Notes under the pieces: model-generated
Told to the model about the DNA's origin: nothing
Database searches by the model: none
What the model saw: the letters and a program-made list of their open reading frames with translations, nothing else
From: Lama guanicoe
Taxonomy: Eukaryota
Assembly: GCA_013239625.1 (NCBI GenBank)
Contig: MU054323.1
Location: 10,013,186 to 10,077,185 of the forward strand
DNA length: 64,000 nt
Direction: 5' to 3'
Shown here: in pieces, positions 49,778 through 64,000 of the stretch
Layout: each line of letters begins with the position of its first letter
Numbering within the stretch: position 1 is the stretch's first letter
Position numbers and translations under genes: made by a program

Positions 49778-52009
49778 TAAGCAGCCCTAAGCCTAAACTA
49801 CCTAGTGATCCTCTCTCCTCTATCCCCCAATATCTGCTTGGACTCCCCATGGTAGGGCCTCCACATCAGGGCAGATCTCTGAGGGCCGGTTGTGTGGAGG
49901 GCAGGGTCCCCCACCATGAGCCTCAGACCTGGGGCAGTCACAGCTCTGATCCTTGCCTCCAGCATGTTGGACTTAAACAATGTGTATGGGCTTAAACAAT
50001 GCCTTCGCCTCTACCTCTACCCATGTCCTGATGTGTATGGTTTGCTGCAGTGATGGATAAAATACAAATTATTTTAAAGCTCTATTGAATTTTGTCAGCT
50101 CTTTGTGATGATGCATTTTCTTAATCAATGGATACTAAAAAGACAAGCATTATCATGTCTGTGTTTGGTGGGAGAGAAGTAGTCCACAAAACTTTTGGAC
50201 TTAAGAGGGTGCTTCATACTCCCCAGAAGGTTGGAAACCAGGGTGGAGGAGCTCTGTGTTAGAATAAATCAGGACTTATGGCTTGTAAGTGGGACAGATA
50301 GTGCTCTCCACATGACCAAGAAGTCTCCGTGGTCAGTCCAGATGGATGTTGGAGTGAGTGTGAGATGGGGGTCTCTCTTTGGGGTCTGCTGTACCCATTT
50401 CTTGCAGGCTTCTTCCTGCATCTCCCACGCTGCCTCCCCTTCTGTCAGACACATGTCCACATCTTCCTCCATGCCCGGTAGAGCGTGGGAACCCGTCTGT
50501 GGACCTGTTCCTGGACTTGAGCTCTCGGCTCCATTTTGGCGGGCAGCCTCCTCACAGTGGCCTGCTCCACGGACCTCTGCTTGCTCACCATTGACACTTC
50601 CTCCTCCTTTCCTGCTCAGACACCTGCCTCTTCCTCCCCTGAGAGTTCTTGGTGCTGTCATGACTCTCTGGCCCCAAATAAGTGACCTTTCCTCCAATCC
50701 CACTGCTCTTGACTTTTTTTGTATCATTTGAGCTGTCGATGCTCTTGAATGCCCCTCCTTCCTCACCTTCCTGACTTTAAACCTGCTTCTAGACAGTCTC
50801 CCCTGCTCCTTCTTTCATCATTTTAAAAATTTGTTCCTGGGCCCTTTACCCCCATCTCCTTGTTATCCCCTGGGATCTCATCTGTGCAGGTGGCTACCAA
50901 AATCACATGGGATGGGTGACTTCCGCATCCCCTGTTCTACTCTGAGGTCTCCCCAGAGTCAAGCACCGTGCTTCCCTCCTCCTGTTGAGCATCCCCAGGG
51001 TCTGCTTGGCTGATGCAGATCCAATGTCAGAGGCAGGGAGAGAAGATGTGCCACCATTGGGGCATCACGGATGGAGCACCTCCTGTTTCTCCAAACTGCC
51101 TCCATCCCACCATCTCCTGATTTCCACCGAGGTGCAGGCATTCTCTTTGATCTTCCAGTTTCAGCATCATCTTCGACTCTTGCACTGATTGCCTCTGTTC
51201 CTAACAGATTGCCACATCCCATCAGGTCTTTCTTAAACAACAAGAGAAAATACAAAAGCTACCACCCTTTTCTTGCCCCTGCCTTTCCTCTCAGTTTGCA
51301 CTTCCTGCCTCCCACTTGACTACCCCCCATATCTCCTAACCCGTCTCCTTGCAGCCCTTGGCTCCCCATCCTAACATTCTGTCTTCATCCACACTCTGAC
51401 TGCACCTCTTCCATGCACCTCGCCTTTGTTGACTTCTTGGTGGCAGCATCTTAAAGACGAGTCTCCTTGGTCGGACATTCAGGGTGTCCCAGCCACTTCC
51501 TCAGCTGCTCTGCAGGAAACTTCCCACCCTCTAGACCCCGCTATGACAAGCCCTCACCTCCTCCATCCCTGCAGTCCCAACATGAGCCTTTCACCTTTGG
51601 CCCACCTATCAGTTTCTGCATTTCTCAAGCCCGGGTCCCACGTCCACCCTCGCTCTAAGGTCTTTCCTGGTCTCCTCAGTGTGCCAGGGAAGGGAAGAGC
51701 CTTCTCAGCACGAACCACATGGCATCCAGCCCGTGCACTGCCTGACCACCTCCCCCCCGATTTGTTCAACTTTCCTTTCTATTCTTTAACTTGGAGCACT
51801 ACAGAGCAGGTGCCATGTCTCGAAATCTCTGTGGTTCTTGTGGTGCCAAATTTGGTACCTGCCATGGATTATTCACACGATAAGTATCTGCCCATTTGCT
51901 GTCTGGTTGTGACATGGATTTGTCTCCATTGACTGTGAGGCTGGTGAATGGCTGGGAAGGAGCCTCCATTACCCTTTCATCCATCCATCCATCCATCCAT
52001 CCATGCACC

Positions 52010-52720
52010 CAATCATCCATTCATACATTCACTTACACACTTGAAAGATGTTAAATACCAACTCTATGCCAGGCATTGTGCTGGGTGCTATGAAAGCAAA
52101 GCCAAACAAAACAGTCCCTATGTTCTAGGAGCTCACAGGAGAGACTTACTAGTAAATCATCGACTCAGAATCCAGGAAGTTAAGTGCTAAGATAAAAGGC
52201 TGCCCCTTATCCTGGGGAGCATGGTGGAAAATGATTTCAATCAGGGTGGGAAGACTTCTTGGAGGAGGTGAGGCCTGAGCTGAGTTCTGAAGCCTGAGGG
52301 AGAGTGTGTGAGATGGAGAAGAGGGAGACAGCTGAAGAAGGAGTGGTGCTAGGAGTTTTCCGGCAGCATGTTTGTGTGTGACACGCGTAGGAGGTGAGGA
52401 GGAGTGAAGGGCCAGGTACTGAATTGAGATGGCTTTTCGGTGTGGAGGTGACGTTGGATCTGATTTAGGAAGGCCACTTTGGCAACAACAAAGTGTCATG
52501 CACTGTGCTCACTGAGTCAGGGGTGGCTGCAGGAGTGGGGAGAGGGGGCAGCAGGGCAGAGGCAGTGGTCCGTGGTGGTCAGCATGGGGAGGGCCTCAAC
52601 AGGTGAAGGAGGAGGGTGACTGGCTGGATGTGGGATGAGGAGCTGGGGAGCTGAGGACCGTGCAAGTTACTGGCTTCAACCACTGGGTGGATGGGGTGCC
52701 CTTCATGGAGACAGGGAATT
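52010..52720 (-). mobile_element. L2 fragment
   Basis: ctatgccaggcattgtgctgggtgct antisense L2 3' end followed by purine-rich body. Confidence 0.55.
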
Positions 52721-54481
52721 GGGAGGAGAGGCAGGGGCTGGGGCACTGGTAAGGCCACTCAGGGCTGAGTCCAGCTGGTGCTGCCCAGGCACACTGGTAG
52801 GTGCTTAGGTGTCTGGTGCAGGGAGAGGCCTCTTGCTGGAGACAGAGCTTTGTTGTTCCCGCCCCTCTCACAGAGCCTGGGGAAGGACCCCAGGTGATGA
52901 TGGGGATTTGTGGGTTCAGCAGAGGGAGGAGGGGATAGAACGTTTTTGCATCAAGAAGGGCAGAGGCTCTGGTGGGTATGGGCGGCCTTGGCCTCTGTCC
53001 ATTCTGTTGGTGGGTCTCTAGGGAAGGGAAGGAGAGAGGCCTGCAGCTTTATGGAGGCAGAACCACGTGCTCTGAGGCCACATCCTCTGCCCAGAGAAGG
53101 AGGAAAAGTAGCCTCCAGCTTGAGGCCAAAGGGGTGAAGCTGTGGGCCAGGAGCGGGATGTGGCCGGGCGTGGGGAGGGAAGCAGCACCAGTTTTTGGTG
53201 CCCTGTGCTCCCCTCAGGCAGCAGGGGGCAACCACAGGGACATCCCAGCTCCACTTCTGCCCCCTCATCCTGTCAGGGCAGCTGGGCAATGGTGGGTTCC
53301 AACGGCAAAGAGCTGGAGGATGGGCTCCCTAGGTTGGGTGCCTACTATCTCCAAACCATACAAGCCCTCCATGTGGGTCCAGATCCAAGAGGTTGTGCTG
53401 GCTCCAGGGAGCAACTCTGGGTCCTGGCTGGTCGCTGAAGCTCTGCCCACCCAGTAGAACTCGGGACCCCCGACCTCCATATTCCCCTCGAATAGAGGTT
53501 CCCTGGATCTGGGCAGGCCCCCAAGTGGACTCTCCTACTTCCTGTCCTGTGACCATCCTGGCCTGGGTCATTCTGCTGTGTGAATCCTCTGAGGCCAGAG
53601 CACAGGATGTTGTGTCGCAGTCCTTTCGTTGTGACTTGTTACCCTGTCAGTCCCCCAGGGGGTTCTGATGTCTATGCATTTCCCAACGAGAAGAGAAAAT
53701 CCACGTTGGATAACGTGTAGCTGGTATAACTGGTCTTCACAGGACCGTCAGCTCCAAGAAGGCAGGGATTGCCATCTGTCTTATTGATGCTCTATTCCCA
53801 GTGTCCACAACAGTGCTCGGCACATTGTTAGCGGGTCTTCAATAAATATCTGTTGAATGAGTAAATGGTGCTGCCTATTTTAAAAATTACAATAAAAACC
53901 AGTGCTGGGAATGCCCCATCTTCTCTTCCTGTGCTGAGTTTCAAACTGAACCTCTGTTACAAAACATGGTAATTTCCCATCAGCAGCAAAGAAGGTCAAT
54001 CCCTCCAGACCCTGGGGAGCCGGGGGGTGGGGATTACTGAGCTCTCCTGGAGTGGGGACAGTTTGAGGACTTGAACTCAGTCTGCTCTGAGCTGGGAGGA
54101 GATTTACCCTTACCTTCTGCAGCCGCTCTCCGGCAGGGGACATGCCTTCTTTTAGACTAAGTAGTTTCCATGGGGAGGCTGGCTTCCTGGGGAATTGCTG
54201 GGCTGCGCAGCCGGGAAGTGAGGCTCAGAGCTGAGTCTGGACACTGAGTCTGGCCTGGTTTGGCCTGCCGGTCAGCCTGCCCTTGAATTTGCAGAAGAAG
54301 CTGCATCTCCTGCTGCTCTGAACCCCTGGCCAAGAGCCTCTGTACAGGGCCACTCACAGCGCCCTCCACTGTGTCCCCTCTCTTGGCCATTGCCCCACTT
54401 TGGAGCTACCCTGGGCTCCTCACAGCAGCAGCTCTTGCATGCCGTTTCTCATGGTGCTTGTTTCTCTCCTATTCTTTTAAG

Positions 54482-54531
54482 ATTGACTCGGGAGAGGAGC
54501 GGGCCTCGGGAGAAGACCCCCAAATCTCTAG
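54482..54531 (+). CDS. TOGARAM2: TOGARAM2 coding exon (LTRERSGPREKTPKSL)
   Basis: ttcttttaAG acceptor, TAG|GTATGT donor, 50 nt phase 2-1 bridging both neighbours. Confidence 0.9.
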
Positions 54532-54613
54532 GTATGTACTCTCCATTCACACAGTCATTTGTTATTTGACGCTTTGGTTCCTGGGCTGGATCATTGGATC
54601 AGAATTAGGGTTA

Positions 54614-54888
54614 TTCCTACACTGTTGGTGGGAATGTAGTTTGGTGCAACCACTATGGAAAACAGTATGGAGATTCCTTAAAAAACTAAAAATAACTACC
54701 ATATGATCCAGCAGTCCCACTCCTGGGTATACATTTGGAGAAAACTCTAATTCAAAAAGATGCATACCCGCCAATGTTCACAGCAGCATTATTTACAATA
54801 GCCAAGGCATGAAAGTAACCTAAGTGCCCACCGACAGGTGCCCACCGACAGGTGTCCACCAGCAGATGACTGATGAAGAAGATGTGGT
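54614..54888 (+). mobile_element. Lineage-specific L1 fragment (ORF2 C-terminus) followed by a (TG)n microsatellite
   Basis: Translates to [25 protein letters not shown], the L1 ORF2 Cys-rich motif. Confidence 0.9.
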
Positions 54889-54905
54889 GTGTATGTATGT
54901 ATGTA

Positions 54906-54950
<45 letters not shown>

Positions 54951-57133
54951 ATAAAGGGAAGATCTAATTTGGGGGTATGGATAATAAGTATCTGGAATAA
55001 TCCCCACTTATTGCCTTTTGTCCCTGTTTGAATGACAAGTTATATAGTCACCCTCTTTTGAACATTTTTTCCAGTTTTATGTGAAATTTCAGACTCTTGG
55101 GTTTTGTAGGACACACAAATGTTTACCTTGATGTTCTGTATTTTGTTGTTTGAATGAATAAAATGTAGAGCTCCAAGAAAAACAAAGAATCAGCACTAGA
55201 GGAGACCTCTCGGACTCAAGTCTTTCATTTCACACACGGGGAAACAGAAGTCACCCTGGTGCCATGGAGGGGAGCCCCTTCTCTGTGCCAGGTGTGTTGA
55301 GGTGCACCAGCGCGTGTCACTTCCCAGTGACCCAGCTGAGAGAGAAGGCGCTGTCCATATTTGACCGAGGAAGGGATGCACTGAGGTTCATGGAGCTGGA
55401 CCTTACCTTTGGCCTCAGGGCTCGGAAGGCAGCCTTGTCACATTTGCGTGCAGGTCCGCATGGCTCCAAGGCTGGACCTTCTGACACATTGTGCGGCTGC
55501 CCCTGCGCTGTTTTAAGCAAATAGAGAATTTCTCTCCAGACAGAGTGAGAAATTAAACCTCATCCCCACAGATGCCTTAGTCAGCCAATCCCAGGAGGTT
55601 TCAGTGTCAGGGGAAGAGAGCCAACCGCGCTGGAAGTTAGGCAGATGGCCAGTGGGACACGAGGCCCACAGAGGCTTTCCAGCCTGATGCCCTGACTCTG
55701 TGGAGAGGATGGAAGGTCAGGTGAGGGGACCTGGGCCGAGCACGCTGAGCCTGGGCCGCAGACTGTGGGGGTTGGAGGCAGCTGCCCTGTGACTGGTGGG
55801 AGGGGGTGGCCTCTTGTCCAGCTTCCTGGCAGATCACTCTGTAATCAGCGCAGCAGGTGGGTCAGTTGGCCAGGGGTAGGCTGTTACCCAAGAGGCCCCA
55901 GGGTCAGGATGCTCAGCTGGGCCTGACAGGCAGACCTGGCACAGAAACCTCTGTGGTGGCTGCACCTCCCCGCCTCCCTGGCCAGGCTGTGGCGGGGTGA
56001 GCTGGGGCAGTCTGGTGTGACCCACGCTGGCACTGATCACCCCTTATGAGCTAACCCTGAGAGTGCTGGGGTGAGGGCTCAGACAGGACACCCCAGCCTA
56101 TAACTACTCCCTTGTCTGTCTCATCAGCTTGCTGCTTGAGAACCAGGCCCCAGGGGGCAGGGGCCAGGCTGCTAAGACAAGACTTCCTAGGGTGTCTCTT
56201 GGAGGTATAGGTGAGAAGAGGGGCATACAAAATGGCAGAGTCCTTAAGGGGCTCTCTGAGCCTCCAGCTGGCGGCTGAGGACAATGTTGCCCAATGTGTG
56301 CATCACATCTGGCACATACTAGGGGCTCACGTGGTGTTGTCTGAAGCCGAGGGCTTCCCCCAATCTCATGGCATTTCCGCAGTCCTTGCCCCAATCACTT
56401 GGTGCCTGGATGCCTGTGCTCTTGGCCCTGCCTTACTTCTGGGCAGATGGAGACTTTACCCCTCCTTCTCCTTGGCCCTGGATCCTTCTCCCAGGAGGGC
56501 TCTTTGGCAGAAGGCATGGGCCGGGCAGAGATCCTGGGTGACCCAGGAGCCCTGCTGGATGCCAGACTCAACACTCTCTTTCCAGCCTCAGGCAGCCCCA
56601 GATGGTGGCCCCCATCCCAAAGGACCCCAGATTTGCAAGTTCACCCTAGGACAGTGAATTCCAAACTTTGTGAGCAGGAGAACCTGGTTAATGAACCAGG
56701 TTAATGAACCTACTCCCACGCTGCCTCTATTATAAGAAATGTATTCTTAAATCCATTAATTGGGAAAATATAGGATGACAGAGAGATACTATGGATTTGA
56801 TGTCTGGAAATGAATTTGTGTTTTACCAACTGTAAGAGCATCTCAGGTTCACTGGGACTCAGCTTTCCCGTCTGCAAAATGAGAGCATTGGTCTAGAGTT
56901 AGTTCGCTGGTCTCTTTGTACTGTGTCATGGTCTCGGAAAGGTGCATGGTGGTTTATAATGCTCAGTGGGCTCAGTTTACTTTTCGTCTTCCTGAAGTTC
57001 ACACCTCCCAGGTAAGATAGACTTATATTCTCAGGAAATACCTTAAACCTCTTAGATAACAGATCTGCTTCTGTTTCCTGCCTCTTCTCCTCCCTCCCTC
57101 CCCTGTCTTAGAGTAAGGTGTGTGATAATTGTT

Positions 57134-57193
57134 GGATGGATGGATGGATGGATGGATGGATGGATGGATGGATGGAAGGATGGATGGATGGAT
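57134..57193. repeat. (GGAT)n microsatellite
   Basis: Direct read. Confidence 0.95.
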
Positions 57194-57324
57194 TAAAGAA
57201 GGAGGGTGTTGGTCCTTGGGCAGCCTGTTCTATAACTGTGAATGCTGCTCTGTAGAGTAAATTTAACCTGTGTCTTTCTCCATTAGGAAGCTTTGGGCAG
57301 GAGAACCAAGGGTGGAGGGCTTAG

Positions 57325-57699
<375 letters not shown>

Positions 57700-58349
57700 T
57701 GAGGAAAGCAAGGAAGAGCCCCAAGGCAGCTGCCCCTAATACTTGAGGCTAGAACCTGTAGATGAGTTTGGGGTGAAGGCTGAAGAAAAGAAGAGAAACA
57801 GAGGAGGAGGAAAAGGATGGGGATGAGAAGGACTAGGTGAAGGGAAGAGTATAGCAGGGAGCAGAGGGGCGGGGATGAGGGAGGAGGGGAGGCAGAGAGA
57901 GGTCACACATGGTTCAGAAGGAAGCAGGATGTGGGGAGAGCACAGAGGGGCTTAGGTGAACCAAGCTGAGTAATTTGAACCAGCACCCAAGATAGCAACT
58001 CAGAGGCAGCTGACTCAGAGGCAGATCAGCCAAAGGCTGTGCTTGATGGGCTGACAAATACCTTGTACTTCTGAGGTGACCTTGATCCAGATGATTCACC
58101 CCGATCCTAGACTGGATGAACTGAATAAAACTTGGAGAGTGACTTTTATGGGGACCTGTGTTCATTCTTTGCAACAGAGATATGAGTGTAACAAACGTAT
58201 CTTGAAAGCCTGCTCTGTGCATGTGCTCTGTTAGGGCCAGGATCCAGTGATGCTGATGAGGACCAGGCTCCACATCAGCCCACCCCAGCGAGGGTGACAG
58301 ACCATGAGACAAAGGAGACGTAACTCAGGGCCATGAAATGATCTCATCC

Positions 58350-60090
58350 CCCACCCCACCTTAGCCACTCACTCCCATGATCATATCACAGACCTGGGCT
58401 CTGCAGATAACTTCCCCCCACCATCATCCCAACCTCAAGCATCCCATTCACTCAACACCTCCTATTGTTCTAGCTCAATCCATCTGAGCTAGACATCCCA
58501 ACTCCAGCCCTTGTTCCTTCTGCATCAATAGTGTTCTCCTTGAAATTGGATCATTCCCACTAGCATCTTAGCTTTCTGTTACTTCTCTCATCTTAAGAAA
58601 ATTAAACCAAACCAAAGCAAAAATACTTCCTTGTCTCTCCCCCCATTCTCTCCTGAGTCCAGGCCAGTGGGGCTTAGTCCTCACAGACCCACTGAAACTG
58701 TCCCCATTGAGGCACCAATGGCCATGACCTTCCCACATGCAGCACATCTCAGTGTTCTTCTGACTCGACTCATCGCCAGCTTTTGTGGCTCATCCTTCTT
58801 GAATTCCCCACCAACGGATGGAGATGAGAGATGGCTTCTCTCTTGCTTCTCTGACTGCATCAAAGTTAGCTCCTTTCCCAGCCTTCTTCACTGGCTCCTC
58901 TGTGTCTTCCTGATCTCTATGTGCTGGAGACCCCAGAGCTTGGACCTCCAGCCTCCTGTCTGTTTATACTGACCCCCGTGACCTGGTCCAGTCCACGGCA
59001 TGAAGCACCGCCTCTATGCTGAGCTCTCCCGTATTTCCCTCTCCAGCCCAGACCTTCCCAGATCTCCAGTAGCAGTTAAATTATGTGACCATATTTGTAC
59101 AGAATTGATGCTCAACCTCTCCATTAGGTATCTAATTATACTTCAGACTTACTTCTTCCAAAACTCCACTGTTGAAATTCATACCACCAAACCTCCTCTT
59201 TCCCCAGAGTCCCCTTTCCATGAATAGCAGTAAAAGTCAACTCCAGCCTTCCAGCAGCTCCGGCCAAAAAGCTTGGGTCCACCCTGCCTCCTGTCTTTCT
59301 CTCTCATCCTGCACCTCACATATCAGGCAAAGCCATGGGCTCTACTTTTGAAACATGTCCAGAATCTGGCTGTTCTACCATCCTTATTCCTGTTATCCTG
59401 GTCCAAGTCCTACCATGTGGGACCTCTTGGTTCGGTTTTGACAATTTTTTGTGAGTCTTAAATTGTTTCAAAATGAAAAGTTATAAAAAACAACAATACT
59501 TAGAGAATCCCCCTAGCCAGCCAAAGAAAACAAAGGAGTCAGACCATACCACTCTTCTGCTCAAAACTTCCCGTGGCTTGCTGCATCCTCCAGAGGAAAA
59601 CCCCAAGGCACGGACCACAGGGTCCAGCCCACTGTGGCTCCTGCGCCCCACCCCCCCAAACCCTGCCACCTATGACCTGTGTCCTGTCTCTCCTGTGACT
59701 CACGGTGCCCCAGCCCGTGCCCTCCTCAGGGCTCCCAGCCAATGCCCAGCACACTCCAGCCCCAGGGCCTCTGCATTCACTGCTCCCTCTGTTTAGAATA
59801 CATCTCCCCTAGGAACCTGCAAGACTGCTCCTCACTGCATTTGTGTCTCTACTTCAATTTCATGGCCCTGGGGAGTCCCTCTGGGCCTCCCTACCTGAAA
59901 CAGAAGCCTTGTCACCCTGTATCCCTTACTTCCCTTCTGGTGTGTGTTGCCTGTCATTAGAGGCTGATCTGTTTGCTGTCATCTCCCCACTCCACACATC
60001 TCTCTGGGAGCAAGGCCTTGAAACTTTTCCTCACTCAGAACAGCAATGGGCACACAGGGGCCCCTCACTCTCCTGGTGATTGAATAACTG
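58350..60090 (+). mobile_element. Fragmented L2
   Basis: Pyrimidine-rich body with ttctgctcaaaacttcccgtggct and ccccagggcctctgcattcactgctccctctg L2 motifs. Confidence 0.55.
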
Positions 60091-60154
60091 AAGCAGGTAT
60101 AGAAAGTACAATTGGGTCCCCACAGTGATGGAGTCTGCCTTGACCCTGTGCCAG

Positions 60155-60305
60155 ACCCAGGTCACCATCTCCAAGTCTGCCCAGGAGAAGATGCGGCTGA
60201 AGCAGATGAAGGAGATGGAGTCGTTCTGGATGGAGAAGGACCCAGAGAAGGAGAGGGAGCTGGCTTCCCAGAGCCTGGGCTCCCAGAGAACCTCAATGAA
60301 GGAAG
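60155..60305 (+). CDS. TOGARAM2: TOGARAM2 coding exon (TQVTISKSAQEKMRLKQMKEME...)
   Basis: gccAG acceptor, AAG|GTATTA donor, 151 nt. Confidence 0.92.
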
Positions 60306-60482
60306 GTATTAGGAGTTGGGATGGATCCCTCAGGCTGGGGAGACCTCTTGGTCAACACCTTGGCTGAAAGGGAGGCTCCCCACACCTCCCTGCCTCTCTG
60401 TCCTTAGACGGGACAGGGAGCCACGTCTGATCTCTCGTAGCCCAGTCATGGGCCCGTTTCCAAAGGGAGACACTGGGGCTAG

Positions 60483-60914
<432 letters not shown>

Positions 60915-61868
60915 TGACGTGTCCTAGAGGACTTGCCCGTGCACCAGGACCACGGTGCTGGGAAACAGCCTCCATGGAGGTAGCTGGAAACACTGGGAAA
61001 TGGAAAAGAGGGTTCCGGGAAGACCTTGCATGTTGCCTCATAATGTCAGGGCTGGACAGGGCTGGTTACAGGCTGGGATCCAAGGACCTTAAGGTTCTAT
61101 GGGACACTCAGGAAGGTGCCAAGGGACAAAGGGGAGGCTCTATCCCCATTCTACTAGAAGAATGTCTATTTGGCCTCACCTTTTTGCATACAGGACATCC
61201 ATGTGATGTTTCATCTGAATAGATTTTGCAACTAAAGAACATCTGAAAACAACCAACCTGGTTCAGAGTTTCTTTAAGTATAGGATGTGGTAGGACATTG
61301 ATGGTAGATAGAGCATCATCTTCATACTAGAAGTAATAGTGTCGTACCTCCCTTTTCCGTTCTCTTTCTATCCTTTTGATCCCATCAAAGCCGAAAGTCT
61401 AATCTGTGTGTCTGCTGCCACAGTGGGAGGAACGCTGGAGCAGAGTGGCCCTGTCCCACCACCCACAATTCCCGCTGCAGGCCCAGAGACACTTTACTGT
61501 TCCTCTCTTGGCCAGGTGACCACCCAGGCTGCCCCCTACTCACATGGGCAATGGCAGAAGTTTCATGAAAGGATGGAGAATCGGGGGGAGGAGGAGGAGG
61601 AGAAGCTGTAGCACAGGCTCCTGGTGGGGACGAGGTTAGAGCGCCACCAAAGTGAGTAGGGGGGTCACTCCTTGACGGACTCGCTGGCCTTGCCTCAGCC
61701 ACAGAGAAGGCAGGATGGGGGCGGATCGCCAGCTAGATGGGCTTGGTCACTTGGCACCAAGCAGCGTGTCACAGGCCAGTTTGTTTATTAATCAGGTTGG
61801 CAATGGCAGGGAACAGTCAGCGAAAGGTAGGGAGTTAGGCAGTCTTCGTGGGTCTCCCAGGAGTATAG

Positions 61869-62171
<303 letters not shown>

Positions 62172-62290
62172 TGAGGAAACACTCCCTTTGTGCACTGTGG
62201 CAGAGTGAGGGCTGCAGAGTGGCTCCTGCTCCTGGCTGCCCGCCTCCCCTGCTGCCCTAGCGGGCTGGTCCTGAGGAGGGTTCCAGTGAG

Positions 62291-62293
<3 letters not shown>

Positions 62294-62331
<38 letters not shown>
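62294..62331. repeat. (TG)n microsatellite
   Basis: Direct read. Confidence 0.95.
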
Positions 62332-62334
<3 letters not shown>

Positions 62335-62879
62335 AGTGAGTCTGGCCTCCTGCATCTGCCCTGGGCCCTCCAACAGCCCGTGCACAGCTCTACGAAACAC
62401 CAGAGCCAGCATGGCAAGTGTGACCTGACTCCGCAATACTTCTGTGGGGCCCGAGATAGGCCCTTGCCCTCCATTTCTCTAAATCAAGGTCATTCTGCTC
62501 CAGTGTTCCTCCCACTGCGGCAGTGGACACACAAAATCTTGGTCATGAGCAGAGTGATGTCTTGGGGTCCAGAACATTTGCAGGAAGACCTCCCTGTCCT
62601 CTGTCCTCATGTTCAAGTGCCTTCTCTTGATGGTGCCGGCTTTGTTGGGGCATAGACCAGGGTCCTGGGTGTGGGCTTCCATCCTGGGTGAGAGTGAGTC
62701 ATGGGCCCCATAAAATGGCTTTTACTGGACTGTTAGGATTTCAGCCTGGATGTTACACCAGGACACCCTGCCACTGAGGCCATCGAATCCCTCCTTGCTG
62801 TGGTGGGGGTAGCGGTGGTGGAGTGGGGGCCCTGGTCTGCAGAGGGAGGGGCTCCTCCCTCCCCACCTGCCTGTGATAG

Positions 62880-63194
<315 letters not shown>

Positions 63195-63616
63195 TGAGGC
63201 CTGGGGTTTCCTTCTTTCTGATCTCTGGGTATTGAAACAATCGGAATCCTGTGTGCCCATTTGTCACAGTCCTGCATTGTACTCAGAATGCCTGGGGAGG
63301 GATGGAGTGTTCTAGGCCAGATCTCCAACTTCTAGGCAGTTGTAACTTCCCAAACCCTTTCTCCTGTGGGGCTGGGGCTTGGCCTAGGCTACACCTTATC
63401 ACAAGTGGAGGCTGTGCCCCTTGCCCTCAGGAATAGACTTTTCCAGTGAGGGGGCCTTGTGAAGATCAAATTAAACATTATTTGTAAAAGTGCTTTCAAG
63501 ACTAAGTGTTGTACAAATTTGAGACGATAATGATGGAATTGATCATTATGATAATAACAACAGTAACAGTGTTTTTTAAAAATGGGACTGTTTTGCCCAG
63601 AACTGCTGCAGGGTGA

Positions 63617-63993
<377 letters not shown>

Positions 63994-64000
63994 GTACGCA

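Overview
Mammalian genomic DNA, most likely a camelid (inferred from tRNA-derived SINEs resembling the camelid GGGGAGGGTATAGCTCA...ATGCTTAGCATGCACGAGGTCC family). The + strand carries the last 7 coding exons and 3'UTR of WDR43 (UTP5; 520-7803, distal polyA signal ~9206). A repeat-rich intergenic stretch follows (L1, L2, MLT1, MER, SINEs and a deleted class-I ERV with a tRNA-Arg-type PBS). Then come the first 12 coding exons of TOGARAM2/FAM179A (ATG 46089, running off the window end). I checked all exon phases by hand and both reading frames are intact. The most notable unexplained structures are: (1) interlocked inverted repeats with pseudoknot topology around TOGARAM2 exon 62017-62170; (2) a phase-compatible chain of exon-like units at 25.9-27.8 kb beside a near-perfect RFX X-box, possibly a decayed or alternative 5' part of TOGARAM2; (3) an ERV copy that looks like it runs R-to-R with a short target-site duplication, suggesting L1-mediated retroposition of viral RNA; (4) an overlapping out-of-frame uORF across the TOGARAM2 start. 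Gene and repeat names come from recalled family sequences, not from a database search. Repeat boundaries are approximate.
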